From: Malacoraja senta
Taxonomy: Eukaryota
Direction of reading: 5' to 3'
Length of the DNA: 64,000 nt
Assembly (NCBI GenBank): GCA_038087875.1
Contig: CM075992.1
Location: forward strand, 12,092,001-12,156,000
The notes below the pieces were generated by a model that was given only the letters and a program-made list of their open reading frames with translations, searched no databases and was not told where the DNA came from. Below, one piece after another: positions 11,731-24,482 of this stretch (its first letter is position 1; every line of letters begins with the position of its first letter). Made by a program: the position numbers and the translations under genes.

Positions 11731-12702
11731 TTGTCATATACATCAATGATCTGGATGATGGTGCAGTAAATTGGATTAGTAAGTATGCAGATGATACTAA
11801 GATAGGTGGCATTGTGGATAATGAAGTAGATTTTCAAAGTCTACAGAGCGATTTAGGCCATTTGGAAAAGTGGGCTGAAAGATGGCAGATGGAGTTTAAT
11901 GCTGATAAGTGTGAAGTGCTACATCTTGGCAAGACAAATCAAAATCGGACGTACATGGTAAATGGTAGCGAATTGAGGAATGCAGTCGAACCGAGGGATC
12001 TAGGAATAACTGTGCATAGTTCCCTGAAGGTGGAATCTCATGTAGAATAGTGGTAAAGAAAGCTTTTGGTGTGCTGGCCTTTATAAATCAGAGCATTGAG
12101 TATAGAAGTTGGGATGTAATGTTAAAATTGTACAAGGCATTGGTGAGGCCAATTCAGGAGTATGGTGCACAATTGTGGTCGCCAAATTATAGGAAAGATG
12201 TCAACAAAATAGAGAGAGTACAGAGGAGATTTACTAGAATGTTGCCTGTGTTTCAGCAACTAAGTTACAGAGAAAGGTTGAACAAGTTAGGTCTTATTCT
12301 TTGAGCGCAGAAGGTTAAGGGGGGACTTGATAGAGGTCTTTAAAAATGATGAGAGGCATAGACAGAGTTGACGTGGATAAGCTTTTTCCATTGAGAGTAG
12401 GGAAGATTCAAACCAGAGCATATAATTTGAGAATTAAGGGACAGATGTTTAGGGGTAACACGAGGGGGAACTTCTTTACTCAGAGAGTGGTAGCTGTGTG
12501 GAATGAGCTTCCAGTGGAAGTGGTGGAGGCAGGTTTGATTTTATCATTTAAATATAAATTGAATAGGTATATGGACGGGAAAGGAATGGAGGGTTATGGT
12601 CTGAGTGCAGGTAGATGGGACTAGGGGAGAATAGGTGTCCAGCACGGACTAGAAGGGCCGAGATGGCCTGTTTCCGTGCTGTAATTGTTATATGGTTATA
12701 TG
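11731..12702 (+). mobile_element. CR1 LINE 3' part
   Basis: YINDLD, KYADDTK, FFTQRVV..WN motifs; (TTATATGG)n-type tail. Confidence 0.92.
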
Positions 12703-12714
12703 ATTATAACTGCC

Positions 12715-13020
12715 CAGTACAGTGGCACAGCGATAGAGTGGTTGCCTTGCAGTGCCAGAGACCCGGGTTCGATCTTGACTATGGGTGCTGTCTGTACGGA
12801 TTTTGTACGTTCTCCCTATGACTGAATGGGTTTTCTCCGCGTACGCTGCTTCCTCCCACATTCCAAAGACATGTAGGTTTGTAGGTTAATTGGCTTCTGT
12901 AAATTGTCCCTAGTGTGTAGGATAGAACTAGAGTACCGGTGACCATGGGTCAGAGTGAACTCAGTGGGCCATAGGGCCCGTTTACACTCCTGTATCACTA
13001 AACTAACCTAAACGAAACTA
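12715..13020 (+). mobile_element. HE1-type SINE
   Basis: A/B boxes, V-domain, (CTAAA)n tail. Confidence 0.85.
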
Positions 13021-15832
13021 CATTTTCTGAAGCATTTCTAATTTCTATATAGTAGAGAGTCAGGGCCTATCTGGCAGCTCCAAGTTGTGCATCATGAGGC
13101 ATGGTGGGGCTTCAATGGCATACACATTCACCAGCACCATCTGTAACCATATGGCCCATACACCCTCACTCGATTAATTCTATCCAACCAGGCAGTCGAC
13201 GTTGGCTCAGGCAGGGCATCTACACCTGATGCACCCAGGAATGAGATGCCAGACTAATGAAACTGCCAAAGTTAAACCATGCAGGAGACAGGGCCAAGTC
13301 AACATAGTGGATCTTTCTGGAGACCAACATCCCTACCACACCTAGTCATGAATGATGCTCATGAATCCATATCCTTCCATTCTCGGCTTATCCACCTTCA
13401 GACCTTTCAACTTCCCAAGCACCTTCTCTTTAGTAACAGCAACTCCACTAACTTCTACCCCCTAACTCTCTTGAAATACATACATTTTGCTGGTGTCTTC
13501 TTCTGTAAAGACTGATACAAAAAACGTATTTAATTCATCTGCCATTTCATTATTCCCCGTTATTACTTCAAAGAACATTATTCCAAAGAAGGGAAGTCGA
13601 GGTAATCCAGGAAAATTCTAGGCCTGTGAACCACACGTCAGAACTTTATTCGCAGGGTGGAAATGTCAAAAACTAGATGGCACAGCATTAAGGTGTGAGA
13701 GGCCTTAACATCTTAAGTTTAATGGAGATGTTTGGGGCATGTTTATTACACAGAGCGGTGGGTGCCTGAAACACACTGGTGGTGTGGTGATGGTGGTAGA
13801 TATGATAGTGGCATTTAAAGGCTTTTAGATAGGCACATGATATGCCGAGAATGGAAGGATGCACAGGCAGAGGAAATTTGGTTAAGCATCATGCTTGGCA
13901 TGGCCATTGTGGGCCGAAGGGACTGTTCCTGTGCTTCTAATACTCCAGGTGCTGCCTCACCACTATAATGGACCATAGTCAAAGATCTTCCTTATTTCTA
14001 AACATAAACATTTTTGCAATAAGGGCCAATGTGCTATCTTGCCTCCTAACTACTTTCTTCAGTCTGCTAACGTTTTGCAACTCCTGCACAAGAACACATG
14101 ACTTCTCTACTTCCATCATAGAACATATACAAAACATTGAACATAGAATAGTACAGCACAGGAACAGGCTCTTCTGCCCACGAGGTCTGTGCCTAACATG
14201 ATGCCAAAAGCAACAAATCTGCCTGCATAATCCATATTCCTCCATAGCCTGCACATCCATGTGCTTATCCATAAGTCTCTTAAATGCCACAATCGTAACT
14301 GCCTTCATCTCCACCCCGGCAACTTGTTCCAGGCACCGACCATCCTTTGTGTAAAAAAAGCCTTGCCCCACACATCTCCTTTAAACTTTGTTCCTCTCAC
14401 CTTAAAGCTATGCCCTCTAGTATTTGAAACTTCCATCCTGGAAAATAGGTTCTGACTATCTCCCCTATCTATGCCTCATTTCCAACTCTCCTCCATTTAG
14501 ATAATGTTCTACCTTTGAATTCCTCTTCCAGTGCATGACCTCACATCTTCCACATTAAACTCCATTTGCTAGCTTTTGGTTCTTGAATCTCTCTGTAGAG
14601 TCAGAGTCATAGAGTCAAAGAGTGATACAGTGTGGAAACAGGCCACTTCTCTGGGCTTGGTCCATATCCCTCCAAACCTGTCCTTTCAATGTACCTGTCA
14701 AACTGTTTCTTAAACGATGGGATAGTCCCAGCCTCAACTACCTCCTCTGGCAGCTTGTTCCATACCCCGACCACCCTTTGTGTGAAAAAGGTACCCCTCT
14801 GATTCCTATTAAATCTTTTCCTCTTCATCTTGAACCTATGTCCGCTGGTCCTTGATTCCCCTATGCTGGGCAAAAGACTCTGTTCATCTGCCTGATCTAT
14901 TCCCCTCTTATACACCTCTATAAGATCACCCCTTATCCTCCTGTGCTTCATGGAATAAAGATCAAGCCTACTCAACCTCTCCCTATAGTTCACAACCTCT
15001 AGCCCTGGCAACATAAATCATTTCTGAACCCTTTCAAGCTTGACAATATCTTTCCTATAACATGGAGCCCAGAACTGAACACAATATTCAAAATGCGGTC
15101 TCACCAACGTCTTATACAACTGCAACATGACCTCTCAACTTCTATACTCAATACTCTGACTGATGAAGGCCAAAGTGCCAAAAGCCTTTTTGACCACATC
15201 TACCTGCGACTCAACCCTCAAGGAACCATGCACCTGTACTCCTTGATCCCTCTGCTCTACAACACTACCCAGAGACCTACCATTTATTGTGTAGGTCCTG
15301 CTCTTGTTCGATGTCCCAAAATGCAACACTTCACATTTCTCCATATTAAATTCCATCAACCAATCCTCCGCCCACCTGGCCAATCGATCCAGATCCTGCT
15401 GCAATCGTTCACAACCATCTTCACTATCTGCAAAACCACTCACTTTTGTATCATCAGCAAATTTTGCCCTGTCTGTTCCCATCCAAAGCATTGATGTAAA
15501 TGACAAACAATAATGGGTCCAGCACCGAACCCTGAGGCACACCACTAGTCACAGGCATCCAGTCTGAGAAGCAATCTTCAACCATTACCCTCTGCTTCCT
15601 TCCATGAAGCCAATTTGCTATCCATTCAGCTATCTCTCCTTGGATTCCATGCGATCCAACCTTCCAGAGCAGCCCACCATGTGGAACCTTGTCGAACGCC
15701 TTACTGAAGTCCATGCACACAACATCTACAGCTCGGCCTTCATCAACATTTTTGGTCACGTCTTCAAAAAAATTAATCAGATTTGTGAGACACGACCTCC
15801 CTCATACAAAACCATGCTGACTATCCCTAATC

Positions 15833-16358
15833 TGGCGTTCCGGCGGTGGCGACCGAGGACACTGGTGTCGACCTGAATCCGGAGGCTCGGTCGCGGGCCC
15901 GGTGGACGACATCGTCGGGAGTGCGCAGGTCACAGGTTGGTGACCTGTTTTTCTGGGGCTCACGCAACTACAGCTGCGTTCGCTGGACTGGAGGGCGGCA
16001 GCTTCGGCAGCTTCGACCACCCCGGGCCGCGGAGTTTGAGCCGGCCCGTCGCGGAGCACGGATTCGGCCGCTGGACTGGCTTACCGTCGCCCGGCGGGGC
16101 CACAGCATCAGAAGCCTGGATCGCCTCAGCGCAGAGGGAGAAGAAAGCGGGAAGAGACAGAGACTTTAAGACTTTTGCCTCCATCACAGTGAGGAGGTGC
16201 CTGGTGAACTCACTGTGGTGGATGTTAATTTGTGTTTATTGTGTGTTTTGTCATTTATTATTATATGTATGACTGCAGGCAACGAAATTTCGTTCAGACC
16301 GAAAGGTCTGAATGAACAAATAAAGGAATCTCTCTCTAAAAAAAATCTCTCTCTCTCT
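15833..16358 (+). mobile_element. GC-rich non-autonomous retroelement with Rex-like stem-loop tail
   Basis: TSD ctaatc 15827-15832 and 16359-16364; hairpin ccatcacagtgag...ctcactgtggtgg; tail aatttcgttcagaccgaaaggtctgaatgaacaAATAAA + (TC)n. Confidence 0.8.
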
Positions 16359-17776
16359 CTAATCGCCCCTTGCCCATCCAAATGCCTGTATATCCTATCC
16401 CTCAGAATACTCTCCAGTAACTAACCAATTACAGATGTTAAGCTCACCGGCCTATAGTTCCCAACATTTTCCCTGCAGCCCTTCTTGAAAAGAGGTAAAA
16501 CATTTTCCACCCTCCAGTCTTCCGGCACCTCTCCTGTATTTAAGGATGACTCAAAAAATTTCAACCAGGGCTCCTGCAATTTCCTCTCTAGTTTACCACA
16601 ATGTCCTCAGATATATCAGATCAGGCCCTGGAGATTTATCTATCCTCGAACACGACGGTACCTTCAGTACTTCTTCAACAGTAATCCTGACTGCTCTCAA
16701 GGCACTTCTAGTGACTGCTCCAATTTCCTAGGTCCTACTGTCTTTCTCCTCGGAAATACAGAGGAGAAATACTCATTGAGGACCTTGCCCATCTCCTGTG
16801 GCTCCACACAGAGGTGACCGCTTTGATTCCTGAGAGGTCCCACTCTCTCCCCTCCAGGGATGCACTTGATCCCAGCTGCATATACATGCCCCATGCATCC
16901 TTCTTGTTTTTGACTAATGTCTCAATTTCCCTCGTCAGCCAAGCTTTCTTATGTTTGCCTGCTTTGTCCTTCACTCTAACGGGGACATACACATCCTGAG
17001 CTTTCTTCAGTACACGTTTAAAAACATTCCACTTGGCTGATGTTCCTTTCCCATCTAATAACCTGCTCCAGTTAACTTGAGCGAGACATTCTCTCATAGC
17101 CTCAAATTGGCCTTACCCCAGTTGATCATTTAAACACGTGACCCTCTCCGTCCCTATCCATAACTATCTTAAACCTAATCAAACTTTGGTCACTGGTCCC
17201 AAAAGGCACCTCCACTCCACCTAACCCTAACCCTTCATTAACTTCCCCTTCCCAATTTCCCAATATTAGATCCAGCATTGCCCTCTCACATGTAGGGGCC
17301 TCCACATACTGCTTAAGAAAACTCCTGAACAGTTTTGAGGAATTGCACGCCATCTGAACCCTTCACGCTATGATTTTCCCAGTCTATATTAGGAAAGTTG
17401 AAATCCCCTCCTACAACCTTACTTGACCTGCAGATGTCTGCAATCTCCCGGCACATTTGTTCTTCTAATTCCTGTTGACTATTCATGGTCTGTAGTACAC
17501 CCCCAACAAGGTGATCATCCCTTCCTTGTTCCTCAGCTCCACCTGTATAGCCTCACAACATGAACCGTCAATAATGTCACCTCTGAACACAGCCGTGACA
17601 TCCTCCTTAATCAACAATGCAATCTCCCCTCCTCTTTTCTCCTCACCCCTGTCTCTCCTGAAGCTCCTGTACCCCGGAACATTGAGCTGCCAGTCCTTCC
17701 CCTCCCTTAACCAGGTTTCAGTCATGGCTACAACGTCCCAGTCGCTCGTACCTATCCATGCCCTAAGCTCATCTGC

Positions 17777-18745
17777 TAACCAGCAGCCGTCCGTTCATTT
17801 CACTTTTTAATTTAGTTTTTAGGTTTTTTCCTGTCTATGTCTGTTGGGGAATTTTGACTTTTAATGTAGGGGGGTTAGGGGGGAAACTATCTCTAGGTCC
17901 CTACCTGGTCGGTGAGGCAGCTTTTTCTCCGGGCTTCCCCGTCGACCCGTCCTTGCGGCCTACCAGCGGGCGTGGAGCGGCGTTTCCTGGCGGGGACTGC
18001 CCAGCACCTTCAGCTTCGGTGGTGGCACAGCGCTGGAGCGCTATCGCGGAGCGGAGCGGGCGATGCCTTGCCTGTGTCGCCGCGCTGGATTGACGCGCTC
18101 GAGCTCCGGTGAGCTGCGACCGCCGAGCTCAACACCTCCGGGCTGCGGGACTGCGGAGCGACCAGCTGCGGGCGGCGCCGCCGACTCCAACATTGGGAGC
18201 CTCTGAGCTCCAAATCGGCGCGGCCTTGTCGGCTTCAGGTGCCACGGACTCCGGTAGGAGATCGGCCGTTCCAGCCGTCCCAGCCGCTGCGAGGACTCTC
18301 CTGACGCCGGGGCAACAACACCCGGCGAGAACGGCCAGGAACATCGGGCCTCCGTAGAGGCAACTGTGGAGGCCTCAATAGGCCTGACTTTGGGTGAACT
18401 GGGGTTGGGGACTGGACATTGTGCCTTCCCCCACAAGTGGCAATCATTGTGGGGGGATGATTTTGTGTGTAATGTGTAGTGTCTATGTTAGTCTTTGTCC
18501 AAGATGGCGGTCGGAAGGGAAAGTGGACGCTGGCGCGCTTTAGCAGCCGCTGATCTCTCTTCCATATTGTGTTTTTGATTTTTGTTTTGGGATTTAATTC
18601 TATCTTTAATTTGTGTACTGGTGATGTCTTTGCTATTTATTTCATTCCGCTTACATGTTTCTACACTATTTGTTAAACTTTGTAAGGTGTCCTTGAGACT
18701 TTGTGAAAGGCACTCATAAATAAAATCTATTATTATTATTATTAT
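17777..18745 (+). mobile_element. GC-rich non-autonomous retroelement with L2-like tail
   Basis: Interrupts CR1; body homologous to 55740-56450 (minus); tail tgtaaggtgtccttgag..gaaaggcactcataaataaaatc(TAT)n. Confidence 0.8.
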
Positions 18746-19404
18746 TACCCGTCAGGACCCTTGCAATAAGATACGTTGCAGTTTAAACCAACCTTCCTTC
18801 CTCGCTCTCCTGCCGATTCTGCCCACTAACCTTTCCCACACCATCCTCCATACCAACTTCTAGCCTCTCAGTGTCATGTCCTGCACGAGATCCCACCCAC
18901 CTGCCAATCGAGATTAAACCCTCCCGTGTAGCATTAGCAAACCTTCCCGCTGGGATGTTGGTTACGTTTAGGTGCAACCCGTCCCCTTTATTAGATGCAA
19001 CCCATCCCCTTTATGCAACCCTGCCCCGGAAGAAATCCCAATTATCCAGAATCCCTGCCCCTTGCACCAACTCCTCAGCCACACATTCATTTCACCTGTC
19101 TTCTTATTCTTACCTTCACTAGCTCGAGGTACTGGAGGCAATCCTGAGATCACTACCCTGCAGGCACTGCTTTTCAGTCTTCCACCCTATTCCGTAAATT
19201 CTTGTTGCAGAACCTCCTTCCTCTTCCGACCTCTATCATTTGTGCCAACATGCACAACAACATCCAGCTGCTACCCCTCACTCTTGAGGATGTGGTGCAG
19301 CTACTCCGAGACGTCCTGGACCCTAGCACCAGGGAGGTAACACACCATTCTGGAGTCTCTGCTGCTGCAGAATCCAAACATAATTCAGCATCTTATTTCA
19401 TCTG

Positions 19405-19700
19405 CGCCACAGTGGTGCAGCACCAGAGACACGGGTTCGATCCTGACTATGGGTGCAGTCTGTTTGGGGTTTGTACGTTCTCCCCGTGACCACGAGGGCT
19501 TACTCCGAGTTTCGGTTTCCTCCCACACTACAAAGCCGTACAGGTTTGCAGGTTAATTGTCTTGGGTTTGTATACTTGGTATAAGTGTAAAGTGTCGCTA
19601 GTATGTGTAGGATAGTATTAATGTGCGGGCATCGCTGGTCGGCGCAGACTCGGTGGGCCGAAGTGCCTGTTTCCATGCTGTATCTCTAAACAAAACTAAA
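19405..19700 (+). mobile_element. HE1-type SINE
   Basis: B box ggttcgatcc, V-domain, CR1-like tail. Confidence 0.85.
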
Positions 19701-20095
19701 ATCTATTATAATCATATCGGCAAACATGACACTGAGTCCTCGCCCCCAGGTCATTAATATAAATTCCAACTAGCCTAATCCAAGAACTGACCTGAATGCA
19801 CCCTCGTTGCAGACTTACAGCCTGAAAAAGATTCATTCATTCTAATTTCTGTTAACCTTGGCTATTTTCCAGGTATGGTTTCAAGGATGAAATTTGTATG
19901 AATGGAATTCATGAAAATAGAATTTAAAACAGTGCAGAAATAGGTTCTGCAGCCACAAAGTCGGTGCCAATCGTGATACCAATTTAAACCACACATCCCC
20001 CACATGTGGTCTGTAACCAGCCATCCCCACTGTTCATGTGTCTGTCTGAATGCCTCAAACATTGCCCTCATTTACAATGGGTCTTTTCTCCACAG

Positions 20096-20296
20096 CGGAA
20101 TGATGCTCACAATCTGCGTCTGATCACTCTGGTCGGCGTTCTTGTCTCTCTGGTTTGCCTTGCGCTGTCAGTCCTCACCTTCACCCTGTGTCGGGCCCTT
20201 AAAAGTATCAGGACCACCATCCACACTCACCTGTGCATCAGCCTCTTTTTGGCAGAACTGCTGATCATCGTTGGAATGGACAAGACCGAATATCGG
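20096..20296 (+). CDS. ADGRE-like exon, TM1-TM2
   Basis: ttttctccacag acceptor, gtaggt donor, 201 nt phase 0-0; RNDAHNLRLITLVGVLVSLVCLALSVLTFTLCRALKSIRTTIHTHLCISLFLAELLIIVGMDKTEYR is typical adhesion-GPCR TM1-2. Confidence 0.93.
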
Positions 20297-20429
20297 GTAG
20301 GTGAAGATAATGGTATCCACTTCTCCCGGTGATCTCACTCAGGAACAAGCCTTGGTGCACGACACCAGGATGGGCAGTGAGCCACATCACTGTTCATTAC
20401 TGCACTCAACACATGCTACTGTTTGGCCC

Positions 20430-20500
20430 CGACAGTGTAATGGTCCAGTGTATAATCCAGTGCATCATCCAGTGTACAACCCAATGTACCAATCCATTAG
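20430..20500. repeat. Degenerate 12-13 bp minisatellite (CCAGTGTACnnn), left half
   Basis: ccagtgtataat ccagtgcatcat ccagtgtacaac ccaatgtaccaat. Confidence 0.75.
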
Positions 20501-20834
20501 TGTGTAAGAAGGAACTGCAGATGCTGGTTTAAACCGAAGATAGACACAAAAACTGGAGTAACTCAGCGGGACAGGCAGCATCTCTGGAGAGAAGGAATCG
20601 GTGATGTTTTAGGTCGAGACCTGTCTGAAGAAGTTTATATGAACAATTTGTATGTGAATATGCAAAGCATGATTAGTAAGTTTGAAGATGCCATTAAAAT
20701 ACATGGTATCATAGATAGTAAATAAGGTTGTCAATAATCAGCTGGGTAAGTGGACCAAGGAATGATTAATGGAGTTTAATTAGGATGAGTACATAGTATT
20801 TTATCTAGAATAGGGGAATCAAGAACCAGATGGC

Positions 20835-21655
20835 GAAAGAGGAGGCCCAGGGCAGAAAGGTCAGTGTAGGAACAGGAATGGTTAGCAACCGGGAAATCCA
20901 GTAGGCCATGGTTTAGTATGAGCGCAAGTGTTCAGCGAAACAGTCGGCCGATTCTACACTTGGTCTCGCCGATGTAAAGGAGGCAACATCTGGAACACAG
21001 AGGATGAGACACAAAAAGCAGGAGTAACTCAGCGGGACAGGCAGGATCTCTGGGGAGAAGATATAGGTGACGTTTTTGTGTATATCTTCGGTTCAAACCA
21101 GCATCTGCAGTTCCTTCCTACACACAGAAGATGAGGTTGGTCACGTGACTCAACTTCATCTCAACTGGAAGGATTGCTGGGGTCCTGGGTTGATGTGAGG
21201 GTAGAGCTATAGGGACAGGTGTTACATCTCCTGCGGTTACAGGGGAAGGTACCTGGGAAGCGGGTGATTTGGGTGGGAAGGGATGAGTGAACCAAGGAAT
21301 AGAAGAGGGAGCTGTCTCTGTGGAAGGCAGAAAGGGGTGGAGATGGGAAGATGTAACTACATGGGATCACATTGGAGGTGGTGGAAATGTCAGAGAAATA
21401 ACTGTTGGATGTGGAAGCTGGGGGGGGGGGGGGTGGGGGGGTGAAAGGTGAGGACCAGGGAAACTCTATTCTTGTTCAGTCTGGGGAGAAGGAATGGGAA
21501 GAGCAAAACTACTGGAAACTGAGGAGGTGCAGGTGAGGGATCTGTCTATGACAGCAGGAGGAATCCACATTTACTACAGAAAGAGGACATCTCGGATGTC
21601 CTAGGATGGAAAGCCTCCTCTTGGGAGCTGATTTAGAGAGAAATTGGCAGTAGGG
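20835..21655 (-). mobile_element. Penelope-like fragment containing a mini fold-back insertion at 21009-21121
   Basis: Homologous to 8700-9400; TSD acacaga(g/a)gatgag 20995-21008 and 21122-21135. Confidence 0.82.
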
Positions 21656-22674
21656 GACCGTGTCTATATTACAATTGTACAAGATGTTGGTGTGGCCACA
21701 TTTGGAGAGTTGTGTTCAGTTTTTGTTGCCATAGGTTTGATGTCGTTTAGGTGGAAAGAGTGCAGAGAGGATTTACAAGGATGATGCCAGGACTTGGAGG
21801 TCTGTGCTATGGAGGGAAGTTAGGCAGGCTCGGGTTTTAATCCTTGGAACGCAGGAGGCTGAGTGGTGATCTTATGGATCATGGGGGAATTAGAGGTGAA
21901 TACACAGAGTCTTTTCCCCAGTGTAGTGGAATCCAAAACCAGAGGACATCATTTTCAGATTAGAGGGCATTTAATAGGAATGTGGAAGGCAACCTTTTCA
22001 TGCAGACGGAGGTAGATATATGGAGCAGACTGCCAGAGGGGTAGTTGAGGCAGATACTGGAACAGCATTTGAACAAAGTTTAGACAGATACCTGGATAGG
22101 AAAGGTTTCGAGGGATATGGACCAAACGTGAACAAGTGAGACAAGTGCAGATAGGGCATCTTGGTCGTCATGGGCAAGTTGGGCTGAAGGGCCAGTTTCC
22201 GTGCTGTACGACTCAACGACTCCTTGACTTGAACTGTCCCAAGATCTGTGAGAAACATTGTTGAACTTCTTTCATTCTACTGTGAGTGATTCAGAGATGT
22301 TTCTATACATCAGCAGTACTACATATATGAAGATATGTGTTGTCCTTCTGCAACATGCTGAATCATAAATTCATGCTGGTTCAGTACATCTTGTTATTTC
22401 CTTTTTTCTGCATTCTCGAAGCGATCTGTAAGATTATACAGTAAGTAGCAAGTTTTATTTAGTGTATGATTTGGTCGACCCAGGATGATAACATCACTTT
22501 CTCCGTCTCTCAAAATAGACCATAGATATAGAGCTGTCAGTGTAGAACTGGTGAAAACCACACGTGCGCACAAACCAACTCAGCTGTAGAAATAGGGAAG
22601 GCCAGTGAGTTGGCAGGAAACTTAACTGCATTTGCATGCCATGGAAGGGAAAGATTTAGAGGAGGGTGAAGTGG

Positions 22675-23455
22675 CAAAAACAGGAAGGCAGATTATTACC
22701 TAAATGGTGTCAAGTTCAGAAAAGCGAAAGTACAATGGGATCTGGGGGTCCTTGTTCATCAGTCACTGAAAGTAAGCATGCAGGTACAGCAGGCAGTGAA
22801 GAAAGCGAATGGCATGTTGGCCTTCATAACAAGAGGAGTTGAGTATAGGAGCAAAGAGGTCCTTCTGCAGTGGTACAGGGCCCTAGTGAGACCACGCCTG
22901 GCGTATTGTGTGCAGTTTTGATCTCCAAATTTGAGAAAGGACATTCTTGCTAGTGAGGGAGTGCAGCGTAGGTTCACCAGGTTAATTCCCGGGATGGCGG
23001 AACTGTCAAATGTTGATAGAATGGAGTATCTGTGCTTGTATACTCTGGAATTTAGAAGGATGAGAATGGATCTTATTGAAACATATAAGATTATTCAAGG
23101 ATTGGACATGTTAGAGGCAGGAAACATGTTCCTGATGTTGGGGGAGTCCAGAACCAGGGGCCACAGTTTAAGAATAAGGGGTAAGACATTTAGAACGGAG
23201 ATAAGGAAACACTTTTTCACACAGAGAGTTGTGAGTGTGGAATTCTCTGCCTCAGAGGGCGGTGGAGGCCAGTTCGCTGAATACTTTCAAGGGAGAGCTA
23301 GATAGGGCCCTTGAAAATAGCGGAGTCAGGGGATATGGGGAGAAGGCAGGAACAGGATACTTATTGTCGATGATCAGCCATGATCACACTGAATGGTGGT
23401 GCTGGCTCAAAGGGCCGAATGGCCTACTCCTGCACCAATTGTGTATTGTCTATTT
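22675..23455 (+). mobile_element. CR1 LINE 3' part
   Basis: YRALVRPRL, RKHFFTQRVV motifs, (TATTGTC)n tail; paralogous to 46145-47220. Confidence 0.92.
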
Positions 23456-23739
23456 TCTATTATCACTGGCTCATGGGACTAGTGCAGATGAGGCAAGTTG
23501 GTTGGAATATGCTATTGGGCCGAAGGACCTGTTTCCATATTGTATGACTCTAACTCCATGTTGGAGAGCTCTCTGCCATAGAAGAGAATTCAAAAAAGTA
23601 TTCAACATAGGGAATCTCTTCAATCTACTGAGGAAGTAAAGACAATGATGAGTTTTCTTTGTGATGCAGCAATACACTGGGCCCAGGACAGGCCTTCACA
23701 GATACACACGTCCAGGAACCTGAAGCTGTTGACTCTTTG

Positions 23740-23893
23740 TGTAGGAAAGAACTGCAGATGCTGGTTTAAATCGAAGGTAGACACAAAATGCTGGAGTAAA
23801 TCAGCGGGACAGGCAGCATCTCTGGAGAGAAGAAATAGGTGATGTTTTTGTGTATATCTTCGGTTCAAATCAGCATCTGCAGTTCCTTCCTAC
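23740..23893. mobile_element. Hybrid mini Penelope fold-back element
   Basis: Left flank gctgttgactctttg equals TSD of 47433-47649; right flank acacagaagatgag equals TSD of 21009-21121. Confidence 0.8.
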
Positions 23894-24482
23894 ACACAGA
23901 AGATGAGGTTGGTTACGTGACTCAACTTCATCTCAACTGGAAGGATTGCTGGGGTCCTGGGTTGATGTGAGGAAGAGCTACAGGGTCAGGTGTTATGGAC
24001 GACAGATGGCGCAATGGGCTAAGTGTTCGGCTGGCAACCGGAAGGTAGCCGGTTCGAATCCCGCTTGGAGTGCATACTGTCGTTGTGTCCTTGGGCAAGA
24101 CACTTCACCCACCTTTGCCTGCGTGGAATGTGTGTGAATGTGTGTGAATGTGTGTGAGTGATTGGTGGTGGTCGGAGGGGCCGTAGGCGCAGATTAGCAG
24201 CCACGCTTCCATCAGTCTGCCCCAGGGCAGCTGTGGCTACAGAAGTAGCTCACCACCACCGAGTGTGACTGAGGAGTGAATGAATAATGCGATGTAAAGC
24301 GCCTTGAGTATTAGAAAGGCGCTAAATAGAGGGACTTCCGGTGGCGCTATGGAGGCTTGAGTCCAGTGCCAACTAGCTCCGTGCCGAAGAAACTAAAAAC
24401 GGGAGAAAATCGGGTCTTACCTGCAGCGATCGCGATCTGAACGGCTGCCTGCGTGACGTCATCAGGCGCGCTACTTTACGGT

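Larger units (their letters stand above)
14596..19370 (-). mobile_element. Long degraded CR1 LINE (ORF1 SGNH-esterase part, APE endonuclease, RT, 3' tail), interrupted twice
   Basis: Minus: PGARV.DV / ISGLPPVPRAS / DGLHL (ORF1 esterase, 18780-19370); TETWL, GVYYRP (EN); SGVPQGSVL, KFADDTK (RT); (TGACTC)n-type tail. Confidence 0.9.

Noticed and set aside
13090..13180. TSTICNHMA peptide resembling the GPS end
   Set aside because: Lacks the W..GC and C.C motifs and usable splice sites
22422..22440. 19-nt candidate micro-exon (ag...gtaagt)
   Set aside because: Would break frame between two phase-0 exons; no recognisable peptide
23997..24070. tRNA gene
   Set aside because: A/B boxes belong to a SINE head that continues into core and LINE tail; the same applies to the HE1 copies
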